A DNA stretch of 64,000 nt, taken from assembly GCA_049320885.1 (NCBI GenBank), contig JBMORA010000045.1, positions 18,511 to 82,510 on the forward strand. Reading direction: 5' to 3'. The translations under genes and the position numbers were made by a program. The notes below the pieces were generated by a model that saw only the letters and a list, made by a program, of their open reading frames with translations, did no database searches and was not told the origin of the DNA. Positions 8,408 to 18,117 of the stretch are shown one piece after another. Source of the DNA: Thermodesulfobacteriota bacterium. GTDB lineage: Bacteria; Desulfobacterota; Desulfobacteria; Desulfobacterales; SURF-7. How positions within the stretch are numbered: the stretch's first letter is position 1; each line of letters starts with the position of its first letter.

Positions 8408-9778
8408 TTATTGTACCGAAAACAACCGATTGATCTCATCTTTTGCCATAATTCCCTCCTCCAGTGCAACCGTTTTGACGGTTTTCCCGGTTTCAAAGGC
8501 CTTCCGGGCGATTTCCGCCGCCTTATCATAGCCGATATAGGGCACCAGATGGGTGACCAGGGCAAGGCTTTTCTCGATGTTTTGTTCGCATCGTTCCCGA
8601 TCGGCGGCAATCCCTTCAATGCATTTCGCGGCGAACACTTCGGCGGCATTCGCCAGAATCGTTATGGATTGCATCAGGTTATGGGCGATCACCGGCAGCA
8701 TGGTGTTGAGTTCGAAAGTTCCGCCACCGCCGGCCAGCGCGATGGTGGTGTCGTTTCCCGCAACCTGGGCGCAAACCTGCATGACCGCCTCCGGGATCAC
8801 GGGGTTCACCTTGCCCGGCATGATGGAGGAACCGGGCTGGAGCGACGGCAGGATGATCTCACCCAGCCCGCACCGCGGGCCGGACGAGAGCCAGCGGATG
8901 TCATTGGCAATCTTCATGAGACCCATGGCCAGGGTTTTCAGCTGCCCGCTGGTCTCCACCGCCGTGTCGCAGGCGGCCTGGGCCTCGAAATGATTGGCAG
9001 TTTCGCGGAAATCAATGCCCGTGGCCGCTGCAATCCGTGCAATGGTCCTGGCCGCGAAACCGGGATGGGCATTGAGCCCGGTTCCCACAGCCGTGCCACC
9101 GAGAGCCAGGAACCGGAGCCTGTCCGCCGGGCCTTCCAGCCGTTCGAGCCCCAACTCCATCTGCCGGGCATAGCCCGAAAATTCCTGGCCGAGGGTTATG
9201 GGCACGGCATCCTGGAGATGGGTCCGTCCGATTTTCCATATTTCATTGAATTCTTTTGATTTATCCACAAGAGAACCCCACAGGCGAAGCAGGCAGGGCA
9301 TCAGCCGCTTGCGCATGGCCGACAGGGCGGCGATATGGATGGCGCTGGGAATCACGTCATTGCTGGACTGGCAAAGATTGACATGATCGTTGGGATGCAC
9401 CGGCGTTTTGAACTGCTTGGTTCCGGTCAGGATTTCGTTGGCGCGCACAGCGATGACCTCATTGACGTTCATGTTGGTGGAGGTCCCGGATCCGGTCTGG
9501 AAAACATCCACCACAAACTGATCCGCAAAACCGCCGGACAGGATCTCTGCCGCGGCCTGGATCACGGCTTCGGCCTTGTCGGGTGGGAGCAGCCCGAACT
9601 CCCTGTTCGTTTGGGCGGCGCATTGTTTGATCAGCGCCACGGCTGAAATCAATTCCCGGGGCAAGCCCATGCCGCTGATGGGAAAATTCTCCCGCGCCCT
9701 CTGGGTCTGGGGGCCATAATAACTTTGCCTGGGTATGAGCACCCTTCCGAGGGAATCGTTATATTCCGTCCAGTCCAT
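8408..9778 (-). CDS. fumC: Class II fumarate hydratase
   Basis: FQTGSGTSTNMN, HPNDHVN, KIGRTHLQDAVP, GSSIMPGKVNP. GGAGG RBS before MDWTE at 9778. Confidence 0.93.
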   Translation of the reverse strand: MDWTEYNDSLGRVLIPRQSYYGPQTQRARENFPISGMGLPRELISAVALIKQCAAQTNREFGLLPPDKAEAVIQAAAEILSGGFADQFVVDVFQTGSGTSTNMNVNEVIAVRANEILTGTKQFKTPVHPNDHVNLCQSSNDVIPSAIHIAALSAMRKRLMPCLLRLWGSLVDKSKEFNEIWKIGRTHLQDAVPITLGQEFSGYARQMELGLERLEGPADRLRFLALGGTAVGTGLNAHPGFAARTIARIAAATGIDFRETANHFEAQAACDTAVETSGQLKTLAMGLMKIANDIRWLSSGPRCGLGEIILPSLQPGSSIMPGKVNPVIPEAVMQVCAQVAGNDTTIALAGGGGTFELNTMLPVIAHNLMQSITILANAAEVFAAKCIEGIAADRERCEQNIEKSLALVTHLVPYIGYDKAAEIARKAFETGKTVKTVALEEGIMAKDEINRLFSVQ

Positions 9779-9832
9779 CACCACCTCCTTTCCCGGGAAC
9801 ATCCCCATGTCCATCCCGAAGGCAATCACCTG

Positions 9833-10558
9833 TCAAGGATCGATGTTCCGGTCTTTCCGGTTGCCCTGCATCCATGGCTGTAAAATTCGCAAAAACCGCG
9901 CTGTTGTCACGGCAGGTTCACTGGTTTTTTCCAGCCCGGCGATGAGCTGTTTCAGATCGTCCCGGGTGTCGATATCGCGCCAGCGGGGCAGCTGATGCAC
10001 CGAACGTCCCTTCCGGCGAAATCGCGAAAGGGTTTCGGTCAATACCGTGTCGGTACTCCAGGGAATTCCGGCGAACAGATCCGGATCATAGGTTTCCGGC
10101 TTCAGACCGATCAGGTAATACCCACCGTCAAATGTGGGGCCGATCACCGCGTCCTGCGTTGCCAGCGCCGCGAATCCTTCCCGGATGATGTAAATGGGCA
10201 GATCCGGAATATCCGTGCCCATCAGCAGTACCCGCGTGTATCCTTCCCCGAAAGTGTCCGTGAACGCCCGGGCCATTTTCATTCCCAGGGAGCCCGGGCC
10301 CTGGGCCCTGCACTCACCGACATGTCCCAACCATTCCCGGATGAAATCCCCGCTCTCCGGCGGATGGAAAAATATCCGGATGGTTTCTTCGCAGGCAACC
10401 ACGGAGGCCGCAATATCCTCCACAAAACACCGGTACAGCTCCGCCGCCAGCTCCGGGGTCATTTCCCGAGCCAGTCTGGTTTTTACTTTTCCGGCTTCCG
10501 GCGCTTTCAAAAACAGCAGGAGACAATCCCGGCTCTTTCGCTCTGTTGTTGCCGACAT
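9833..10558 (-). CDS. DUF2064 / TIGR04282-like glycosyltransferase-fold protein
   Basis: KAPEAGKVKTRL, LLMGTDIPDL, IGPTFDGGYYLIG, IPWST, DIDTRDDL. Confidence 0.85.
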   Translation of the reverse strand: MSATTERKSRDCLLLFLKAPEAGKVKTRLAREMTPELAAELYRCFVEDIAASVVACEETIRIFFHPPESGDFIREWLGHVGECRAQGPGSLGMKMARAFTDTFGEGYTRVLLMGTDIPDLPIYIIREGFAALATQDAVIGPTFDGGYYLIGLKPETYDPDLFAGIPWSTDTVLTETLSRFRRKGRSVHQLPRWRDIDTRDDLKQLIAGLEKTSEPAVTTARFLRILQPWMQGNRKDRNIDP

Positions 10559-10592
10559 TCACGTTCTCCGGTTTTCCACCGGGAGGATGGTT

Positions 10593-12521
10593 TCACTTCC
10601 GGTGAGGCCCGTTCATCCGGAACCGTTCAAAGGCCATGAGCATTCTAGGCGCGGACGCGGGATTGGACGCTATCCGGGACATCACCGCTTGAATGGTTGC
10701 CTCCGCCAGGGACCGGTATCGCTCCTCCCCGGTGTTTTCCGCCATGCGGATCAGGTTCATCGCCGCGATGGAGTTGGATGACGGCACCACCGTGTCATGG
10801 ACTTCCTTGACGCGGACGATCAGATACGGATCTTGGCCCCGCCCCGTCAGGAAAAAGCCCGCGCCGGTTTCGGCATCCCAGAAACGGCGGATCAGTTCCT
10901 CGTTCAGCCCCAGGGCTGCTTTCAGCCATTCCGGATCCCCATCCGCTCCATGCAAATCCAGCAGGGACCGGATGAAAAACGCATAGTCGCTGGCCAAGCC
11001 CTGCCTTCCCCTGATCCCGGCGCACCAAGTCCGGTACAGGGTTCCGGTGTCCGCGTCGAAAAGCGTCCGTATAATGAAACCGGCGGCTTTCCGGGCCGCC
11101 TGGAGATACGATTCGCTTCCCGTCAAGGCCTGCGCTTTGACAAGCGCCGAGATCATCAGGCCGTTCCAGGAGGTGATGATCTTGTCATCCCGGTCGGGCC
11201 GGACCCGTTTTCCGCGTTCCAGAAACAGGCGCTGTCCGGCGGCCGCAAGACGTCCGGCGGTTTCCTCCGGATCAAGGCCGAATCTTCCGGCCGTTTCCTC
11301 CAGGCTCCGGGCGGCGAATACAATATTGCCGCCTTTGAATTCACCATGGGGGTCAGCCGTCACATTGCCCCCCGGGGCCAGCCCGTATCGGAAACCCAGC
11401 ATTTCCGCCATGGAAGCACCCAGCAGGGAACGGATCTCCTCCCAAGTCCAGAGATAAAAAGCCCCTTCCCGTTTTTCACCGCCGCCCCCCGGCGGCGCCG
11501 AATGGCCATTCGGACTGTCCGCATCCTCGGCGCTGTGGAAACCTCCGCCGGGATGGGTCATATCCCGCAGCACATAACCGATCGTATCCTCGGCCGTTTT
11601 CCGAAACAAGCGCTCACCGGTGATCCGGTAGGCCTCGAGATAGGTTTCAATCAGCTGGGCGTTATCATACAGCATTTTTTCAAAATGCGGCACCCGCCAA
11701 TCGGCATCGGTGGCGTACCGGTGGAATCCGCCGCCCAGATGGTCGTAAATGCCGCCGGCCGCCATGGCCCTCAGGGTTTTGACGGCCATTTCCAGGACCG
11801 GCGGCCGCCCATGATCGGCGACTCCCGCTGGCTCTCCCAGCTGGTGATAAAACATCAGAAAATCCAGGACGCCGGCCGAAGGAAATTTGGGCGCCCGACC
11901 GAAACCGCCTCTTTGGTCATCATACGCTTCGCCCAGGGCCTTGCAGGCCTGCTCCAGAATGACCTTGTCCGGCATCCCGCCGCCGGGTTTCAAGGACAGG
12001 GCCGTATCCACCAGACGGGTCAATTCGGCTGCGGAATGAAGCAGGCGCCGGCGTTTTTCCGGATGATCCCAGGCGTCGTGGACCACCTGCAGCAAATCCG
12101 GCCAGGAGATCACCCCGAACCTCGCGGTGGACGGAAAATAGGTGCCGCCATGAAAAGGCCGCAGCTCCGGTGTCAGAAACACGTTCAGGGGCCAGCCGGC
12201 CGATCCGGTGACGGCGGACACGGCCGTGATATAAATCTCATCCAGATCCGGGCGTTCTTCCCGATCCACCTTGATGTTCACAAAATACCGGTTCATGATA
12301 GCCGCGATGGCGGCATTTGAAAAGGATTCTTTTTCCATCACATGGCACCAGTGGCAGGTGGAATATCCGATGGAGAGTATAATGGGCTTATCCTCCCGGC
12401 GGGCTTTTTCCACCGCCGCATCCCCCCAGGGATACCAATCCACCGGATTGTGGGCATGCTGCAGCAGATAGGGACTGGTCTCATGGATCAAATGATTGGG
12501 GTTCCTCGATTGCATGCTCAT
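10593..12521 (-). CDS. YyaL/SPATA20-family thioredoxin-domain protein (DUF255)
   Basis: [65 protein letters not shown]. Confidence 0.92.
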   Translation of the reverse strand: MSMQSRNPNHLIHETSPYLLQHAHNPVDWYPWGDAAVEKARREDKPIILSIGYSTCHWCHVMEKESFSNAAIAAIMNRYFVNIKVDREERPDLDEIYITAVSAVTGSAGWPLNVFLTPELRPFHGGTYFPSTARFGVISWPDLLQVVHDAWDHPEKRRRLLHSAAELTRLVDTALSLKPGGGMPDKVILEQACKALGEAYDDQRGGFGRAPKFPSAGVLDFLMFYHQLGEPAGVADHGRPPVLEMAVKTLRAMAAGGIYDHLGGGFHRYATDADWRVPHFEKMLYDNAQLIETYLEAYRITGERLFRKTAEDTIGYVLRDMTHPGGGFHSAEDADSPNGHSAPPGGGGEKREGAFYLWTWEEIRSLLGASMAEMLGFRYGLAPGGNVTADPHGEFKGGNIVFAARSLEETAGRFGLDPEETAGRLAAAGQRLFLERGKRVRPDRDDKIITSWNGLMISALVKAQALTGSESYLQAARKAAGFIIRTLFDADTGTLYRTWCAGIRGRQGLASDYAFFIRSLLDLHGADGDPEWLKAALGLNEELIRRFWDAETGAGFFLTGRGQDPYLIVRVKEVHDTVVPSSNSIAAMNLIRMAENTGEERYRSLAEATIQAVMSRIASNPASAPRMLMAFERFRMNGPHRK

Positions 12522-12859
12522 TGTTTCACCTCCCCTGTTGATTTCCTTCCGATTCCGCAACGGGTTTCACCGCTCCAACCGATTCAATCCAGGGGCAAAC
12601 AATTTCCATGCCATCCAACGGGCAGGCGGCGGCTCAAGGCGTCTTTCTCCATCCATAACCATTTGTTTTTATGTCTATTTATAAAATAGCAGCCCGTAAC
12701 GGGCCCCGCCAAGCCCTTTCATTGGAAACCAGGCGCCGGGCCGGCGACCGTGGAGCGGTCAGCCCGGATCAGGCCGATTTCATCCCCGGGAACCATTTGG
12801 CCAGGGCTGTTCCGTGTCATGTCATTACTAGAGACAGTCCTGTATCATCGTACACATTT

Positions 12860-12924
12860 TAGATAATTTATTAATTTATTTTAAATAGTTAAATCCTTGA
12901 CTTCAGGGCTTCGCCCATTATCTT
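12860..12924 (+). promoter_or_regulatory. Putative sigma70 promoter with AT-rich UP element for cooS
   Basis: TTGACT at 12897-12902, 16-nt spacer, TATCTT at 12919-12924, with an AT-rich tract upstream. Confidence 0.4.
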
Positions 12925-12974
12925 TGCTAGTAAGGCGATCTATTCACTACATATAACCATAATGGAGGGACTGA

Positions 12975-14945
12975 ATGGAAAAAAAAGAAAAGGACTCCAC
13001 GAAGGAGCCCGCCATCAAAGACCTGACCACCTGTGACGCCACGGCGCAGATGGTGGCCAAGGCCAGAAGGGACGGCGTGGAATTGCATTTCGACCGCGCC
13101 GCCAATATGAAGGCCTGTCCCATTGGAGCGGACTCGGCCTGTTGCAAGCACTGTTCCATGGGGCCTTGCCGACTGAACGCCAAGGATCCCTACTCCAAGG
13201 TCGGTGTCTGCGGCGCCACCATTGACACCATCATGGCCCGAAATTTCGGCCGCATGGTTGCAGCGGGTTCCGCGGCCCACACGGACCACGGCATGGGAAT
13301 GCTGGATCTGTTCCGGGAAGTGGTCAACGGCCACATTCTGGATTACAAGATCAAGGATCCCAACAAGCTCATGGAGGTGGCCAAATCCATCGGCATCGAA
13401 ACCGAGGATCGGGAATTGGAGGCCGTCGCCAAGGATCTGTACAGCGAGCTGGAACGGACCTACACCCAGGTGGAAGGAGAAATCCCCTTCATGAAGCGGG
13501 TTCCTCCGAAAACCCTGGAAACCTGGAGGAAACTCGGGATCGTTCCCCGGGGCGCCATGCGGGAGGTCATGGAAATGATTCACCGCACGGCCATCGGCGT
13601 GGACCAGCATTACGAGAATATCACCCGCCAGGCCAGCCGCACGGCCCTTTCGGACGGCTGGGGCGGTTCCATGGTCTCCACGGAAATTTCCGATATTCTT
13701 TACGGCACGCCTTCGCCGGTGGCGGTGGAAGTCAACATGGGCGTATTGAAGGAAGATCAGGTCAACATCATCGTGCATGGCCACGAACCCAACCTGTTCG
13801 AATCCATGCTCGAATCGGTGAACGAACCGACGCTGCTCGAGGCCGCCCGCAAGGCCGGCGCCAAAGGCATCAACCTGGTGGGCATGTGCTGTTCCGGAGC
13901 GGAAGTCATGGTCCGGCATGGAATACCCCATGCCGGGAATTTCTCGTCCACCGAGGCGGTGCTGGTGACCGGCGCAGTGGACGCCATGACCGTGGACATC
14001 CAGTGCATCAAGCAGGGACTAGCCAAAGTGGCCGAATGCTACGGAACCCCCCTGATCACCACCAACCGGCGTTGCCGGATCGAGGGGGCCGAGCATATCG
14101 AGCTGCATGAACACGATCCCAAGGCCTGCACCGACGAGGTCGTGATCAAGGCCATCTCCCGGTTTAAAAACCGCACGCATCCGGTGGAAATACCCAAGCA
14201 GGTCAACCCCGGAGTTCACGGATTCTCCTACGAGTACATCAATTACATGCTCGGCGGAAGCTTCCGGGGCAGCTACACCCCCTTGAACGACAACATCATC
14301 AATGGTCGGATCCGGGGTGTGGCCGGCGTGGTGGGCTGCACCAACCCGCGGGTGAAGCAGGATTACGTTCACGTGGAACTGGTCAAGGAATTGATCAAGA
14401 ACGATGTGCTGGTGCTCCAGACCGGATGCTCCCAGATCGCTCTGGCCAAGGCCGGCCTGACGACCCCGGAAGCGGCGGTTTTCGCCGGCCCGGGTCTCAA
14501 GGAAGTGTGCGAGGCCGTGGGCATGCCCCCGGTACTGGGCCTGGGCTCTTGCGTGGACAACAGCCGCATTCTGATCGCGGCCTCGGAGATGGTTCGGACC
14601 GGAGGGCTCGGTGATAGTCTGGCCGACCTGCCGGTGGCCGGGGCGGCCCCCGAATGGATGAGCGAGAAAGCCATCGCCATCGGCCAGTATTTCGTGGCGT
14701 CGGGGGTGTTCACGGTGTTCGGGGTCACCTTTCCCATCACCGAGAACACCAAGTTCCATAAGCTCCTGTTCGCAGGCCTGGAGGAACAGGGCCTCGGCAA
14801 ATGGGGGTTCTCGCCCGATCCCTATGAAATGGCGAGGATGATGATCGCCCATATCGACAAGAAGCGGAAACAACTGGGCATCGACAAGACCAGGGAAAGA
14901 ACCCTGGTGGACATGGCCGACCGCCGCGCCATCGAAGCGGCGTAA
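12975..14945 (+). CDS. cooS: Anaerobic Ni,Fe carbon monoxide dehydrogenase catalytic subunit
   Basis: CPIG...CCKHCSMGPC...CGA (D/B clusters), AAHTDH, and C-cluster ligands HGHEP, MCCSG, DIQC, GCTN, TGCS, GSCVDN, plus SEKA. Confidence 0.96.
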   Translation: MEKKEKDSTKEPAIKDLTTCDATAQMVAKARRDGVELHFDRAANMKACPIGADSACCKHCSMGPCRLNAKDPYSKVGVCGATIDTIMARNFGRMVAAGSAAHTDHGMGMLDLFREVVNGHILDYKIKDPNKLMEVAKSIGIETEDRELEAVAKDLYSELERTYTQVEGEIPFMKRVPPKTLETWRKLGIVPRGAMREVMEMIHRTAIGVDQHYENITRQASRTALSDGWGGSMVSTEISDILYGTPSPVAVEVNMGVLKEDQVNIIVHGHEPNLFESMLESVNEPTLLEAARKAGAKGINLVGMCCSGAEVMVRHGIPHAGNFSSTEAVLVTGAVDAMTVDIQCIKQGLAKVAECYGTPLITTNRRCRIEGAEHIELHEHDPKACTDEVVIKAISRFKNRTHPVEIPKQVNPGVHGFSYEYINYMLGGSFRGSYTPLNDNIINGRIRGVAGVVGCTNPRVKQDYVHVELVKELIKNDVLVLQTGCSQIALAKAGLTTPEAAVFAGPGLKEVCEAVGMPPVLGLGSCVDNSRILIAASEMVRTGGLGDSLADLPVAGAAPEWMSEKAIAIGQYFVASGVFTVFGVTFPITENTKFHKLLFAGLEEQGLGKWGFSPDPYEMARMMIAHIDKKRKQLGIDKTRERTLVDMADRRAIEAA

Positions 14946-14954
14946 CTCTCCCCC

Positions 14955-14992
14955 GGGGCTGCGGTTCCTTTTGCACCGCAGCCCCTTTTTTT
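14955..14992 (+). terminator. Intrinsic terminator after cooS
   Basis: GGGGCTGCGGT...ACCGCAGCCCC perfect 11-bp stem followed by T7. Confidence 0.88.
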
Positions 14993-15030
14993 ATTCGGTC
15001 TTATACGACCTATGGGCTTCGATTCTCCCC

Positions 15031-16698
15031 TTATGCCTTGCCCTGGTAGAGATCCTTGTGGATCGCCCGAATTTCCTTTTTATTGAATTTGCCGACGCTG
15101 GTTTTGGGGATGGCATCCACGAACAGCACGGCCTCGGGAAGCTGCCATTTGGCGAATTTGGCCGCCAGATGGGTGATGATGTCCTCGCGGGTGACCTTGT
15201 CCTTGAACTCGGCGCGCGGCACCACCAGGGCCACGGGCCTTTCCTCCCATTTCGGATGAACCAGACCGGTAACGGCCGCTTCCAGGACGGCCGGATGGGC
15301 CATGATTTCATTTTCCATGTCCACCGAGGAGATCCACTCCCCGCCGCTCTTGATCAAATCCTTGACCCGGTCGGTGATCTTGATGTACCCCTCCGCGTCG
15401 ATGGTGCCGGCGTCGCCGCTTTTCCAGTAACCGTCCTCCGTGAATTGGGCCTCGGAACCAGGTGCATTGTAATAGGAGGCCGTGATCCAGGGCCCGCGGA
15501 TCAGGATTTCCCCCGGCGACTTGCCGTCATGGGGGACCTCCTTGCCGAATGAATCGACGATCTTCACATCAAGGCCGACCACCGCATATCCCTGTTTGCG
15601 CTTGATGTCCCATTTCTGTTCATCGGTCATCTCTTTCTCCATCCAGGGCTTGAGACGGTTGATGGTCACCAGGGGTGTGGTTTCCGTGGCGCCGTATGCG
15701 TGAATGATCTCCGCTCCCGTCAGGGATTTATACCCCTTCATCAGGCTGAGGGACGGTTCCGATGCTCCGGACAGAAAGCGCGCCCCCGTAAGGTCCGGTT
15801 TTTCCGTGAGGCCCTTGATGTATTCCAGCATGGGCATGAACAAGGCCGGGGCGCCGGCGCTGACGGTCACTTTCTCGTCCACCAGCGGTTTGGCCAGCGA
15901 ACCGAGATCGGCGATGTTATACATGCCAGGAAGCACATATTTGGCGCCCACCAGAACGGTCGCATGGGGCATTCCCCATCCCAGGGCGTGAAACATGGGC
16001 ACCAGCTGATAAAAACAGTCCCGGTTGGAGATTTCCGTGTTGCAGGCGATGGTCATGGCGTGGAGATACACATCCCGATGGGAGTAATACACCCCCTTGG
16101 GTTTGCCGGTGGTGCCGGTGGTGTAACAGGCGCCGTAAGCGGAGGTTTCATCCAGCACCGGCCACCTTATTTCCGGTTTCTCGGCCGCCAGCAGTTCCTC
16201 GTAGCTGTAAAGCGGCGCCAGTTTCGTCTTGATGTCGGCCAGGGGCTTGTCCGTCATGACGATAAATCCCTTGACCGTGGTGAGCGATGGCGCCACGGCC
16301 TCCACCAGGGGCAGGAGGGTTTCGTCCACAAAGATGAATTTGGTTTCGGCGTGGTTGATGACAAAGGTCAAATCCACCGGCGACAAGCGGATATTCAACA
16401 GCAGCATCACGGCCCCGGTCCCCGGGATTCCGAAATAAGCCTCGAAATGCCGGTGGGAATTCCAGTCCATGACGCCGATCCGGTCCCCCACCTGGGCGCC
16501 GATGGTTTTCAGGGCGCAACCCAGTTGTTTCACCCGATCATAGGCCTCGACATAGGTATACCGGAACTCCCCTTTCAGTTTTTTGGCCACGATCTCCTGT
16601 TTGCCAAAACTGCGCGCGGCATGACGCAGCAGATTGATGACATTGAGCTGATACTGATTCTGCGATGTGGATGGGAACCCTTTGATGATGTCAACCAT
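15031..16698 (-). CDS. Medium/long-chain fatty acid-CoA ligase (AMP-binding)
   Basis: CYTTGTTGKPKGV, AYGATET, SGDAG, DRVKDLIKSGGE, PKTSVGK. Confidence 0.93.
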   Translation of the reverse strand: MVDIIKGFPSTSQNQYQLNVINLLRHAARSFGKQEIVAKKLKGEFRYTYVEAYDRVKQLGCALKTIGAQVGDRIGVMDWNSHRHFEAYFGIPGTGAVMLLLNIRLSPVDLTFVINHAETKFIFVDETLLPLVEAVAPSLTTVKGFIVMTDKPLADIKTKLAPLYSYEELLAAEKPEIRWPVLDETSAYGACYTTGTTGKPKGVYYSHRDVYLHAMTIACNTEISNRDCFYQLVPMFHALGWGMPHATVLVGAKYVLPGMYNIADLGSLAKPLVDEKVTVSAGAPALFMPMLEYIKGLTEKPDLTGARFLSGASEPSLSLMKGYKSLTGAEIIHAYGATETTPLVTINRLKPWMEKEMTDEQKWDIKRKQGYAVVGLDVKIVDSFGKEVPHDGKSPGEILIRGPWITASYYNAPGSEAQFTEDGYWKSGDAGTIDAEGYIKITDRVKDLIKSGGEWISSVDMENEIMAHPAVLEAAVTGLVHPKWEERPVALVVPRAEFKDKVTREDIITHLAAKFAKWQLPEAVLFVDAIPKTSVGKFNKKEIRAIHKDLYQGKA

Positions 16699-17058
16699 TT
16701 TTTCCTCCTCTTGCTGTTGGGATGCAGGGAAAAAACCTTAGAAGTGAATGTGGCGGCCGATGTATCTGAGAACCTCCCGTTTTCCGTCGGTGATGGGGAA
16801 CGGGTAACGCCTTTTCCGGTTCGGTCGCGAAACCGTTGGAAAACCGGGGGCGCTTCCCCTTGATTTACTTGTGACAAGTTTTTCATTTTTTTTCAAGTCT
16901 CCATTTTTTCTTACGGTTTAAAGCGAAATTCCATTGACAAACTCACCATATGAATCTAATAAGAGTCCAAAGAATATAGACTTCTATTGAATTCAGCGTA
17001 TTAGTGCGTCCATATTCGCCATATTTCCCGATGAATCCGTAGCACAGGATAATCCTCC

Positions 17059-18117
17059 ATGCCCGGCTCAACGAAAATCGCCGGTGTCGGCGTATATGTG
17101 CCTTTGCGGAAGATAACCAACGAATATGTCCTGAACAGGCTCGTTGCGGAAAGCAGCGGTTATCTCAACCGGGAGGATCTCGCCAGAATCATTGAAAAAG
17201 CCGAAGGCAAAATGGCCAAGGCCGGCTGCAGCGTGCGCTACTGGTGCGAACCGGACGAATACGGCACCGATATCGCCCTGAAGGCCGCGCGCCTTGCCCT
17301 GTCCGATGCCGGACTGGAAGCCCCGGACATCGACTACATTCTGTATACGGGGATGTCCAAAGCCTTTGTGGAGCCGGCCACGGCCCATGTATTGCGGCAC
17401 GAACTCGGGGCCGTCCGCGCCAATGTCATCGACACCCAGGACGCCTGCGCCAGCTTCGTCAAATCCGTCCAGATCGGCGACAGCCTCATCCGCAACGGGA
17501 TCTGCCGGCGGATCCTGATCGTCTGCGGCGAGCGGACCTTCGACTGGGCGGATTTCTGCTGCAAAACCATCGACGAACTGAGCTGGAAATTCGGCAGCCT
17601 GACCATCGGCGACGCCGCGGGAGCGGTGGTCCTGGAAGCCACCGACGAACCGCTGTACACCCGGGACGGATATCATTTCGACTATTCCCATGTCATCAAA
17701 AGCGGCACCTATGCCTACTGTCACATCGGCCTCAATCACCGGCTGGGAACCCGCTATAAACTGCACTCCCACTCCGGCGCGCTTTTCAAAACCGTGACCG
17801 AGGCGGGCTGGGAATTGGTCACGGGCCGGATGCAGGCGGATGAAAACTGGGTCCGGCAGCGCCTGGACCAGGTGTTCTTTCACGACATCGGCAATTATAT
17901 CGCGGAGTTCATTTTCCCCACCTTCCGGCCCCTCTTTCCGGAAGCCCCCCACCGCTATCTGTCCTATTTCGCCGGTTACGGCAACGTCGCCTCGGCCAGT
18001 TTCCCCTTAAGCCTGCACCTGGCCCGGGAAAACGGCAGTCTCCAGCGGGGCCACCGGGTGATGTTCGTCTGTCCGGCGGCCGGCGCCCAGATCGGCATCA
18101 TGACCTTTGTATATTGA
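17059..18117 (+). CDS. 3-oxoacyl-ACP synthase III (FabH/OleA-like) condensing enzyme
   Basis: Cys-His-Asn triad (DACASF, FFHDIG, GNVASAS), GDAAGA, and VEPATA. Confidence 0.85.
   Translation: MPGSTKIAGVGVYVPLRKITNEYVLNRLVAESSGYLNREDLARIIEKAEGKMAKAGCSVRYWCEPDEYGTDIALKAARLALSDAGLEAPDIDYILYTGMSKAFVEPATAHVLRHELGAVRANVIDTQDACASFVKSVQIGDSLIRNGICRRILIVCGERTFDWADFCCKTIDELSWKFGSLTIGDAAGAVVLEATDEPLYTRDGYHFDYSHVIKSGTYAYCHIGLNHRLGTRYKLHSHSGALFKTVTEAGWELVTGRMQADENWVRQRLDQVFFHDIGNYIAEFIFPTFRPLFPEAPHRYLSYFAGYGNVASASFPLSLHLARENGSLQRGHRVMFVCPAAGAQIGIMTFVY

Noticed and set aside
12815..12856. CooA/CRP-like sites upstream of cooS (TGTCA-N7-AGACA, TGTAT-N6-ACACA)
   Set aside because: Wrong spacing or weak match, and no cooA gene in the window.
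16770..16860. Hairpin-rich leader upstream of the acyl-CoA ligase as a possible riboswitch
   Set aside because: The stems depend on G-T pairs on the non-transcribed strand, and I recognise no aptamer motif.
16934..16962. Sigma70 promoter for the FabH/OleA-like gene (TTGACA)
   Set aside because: The -35 is perfect but there is no convincing -10 at correct spacing.
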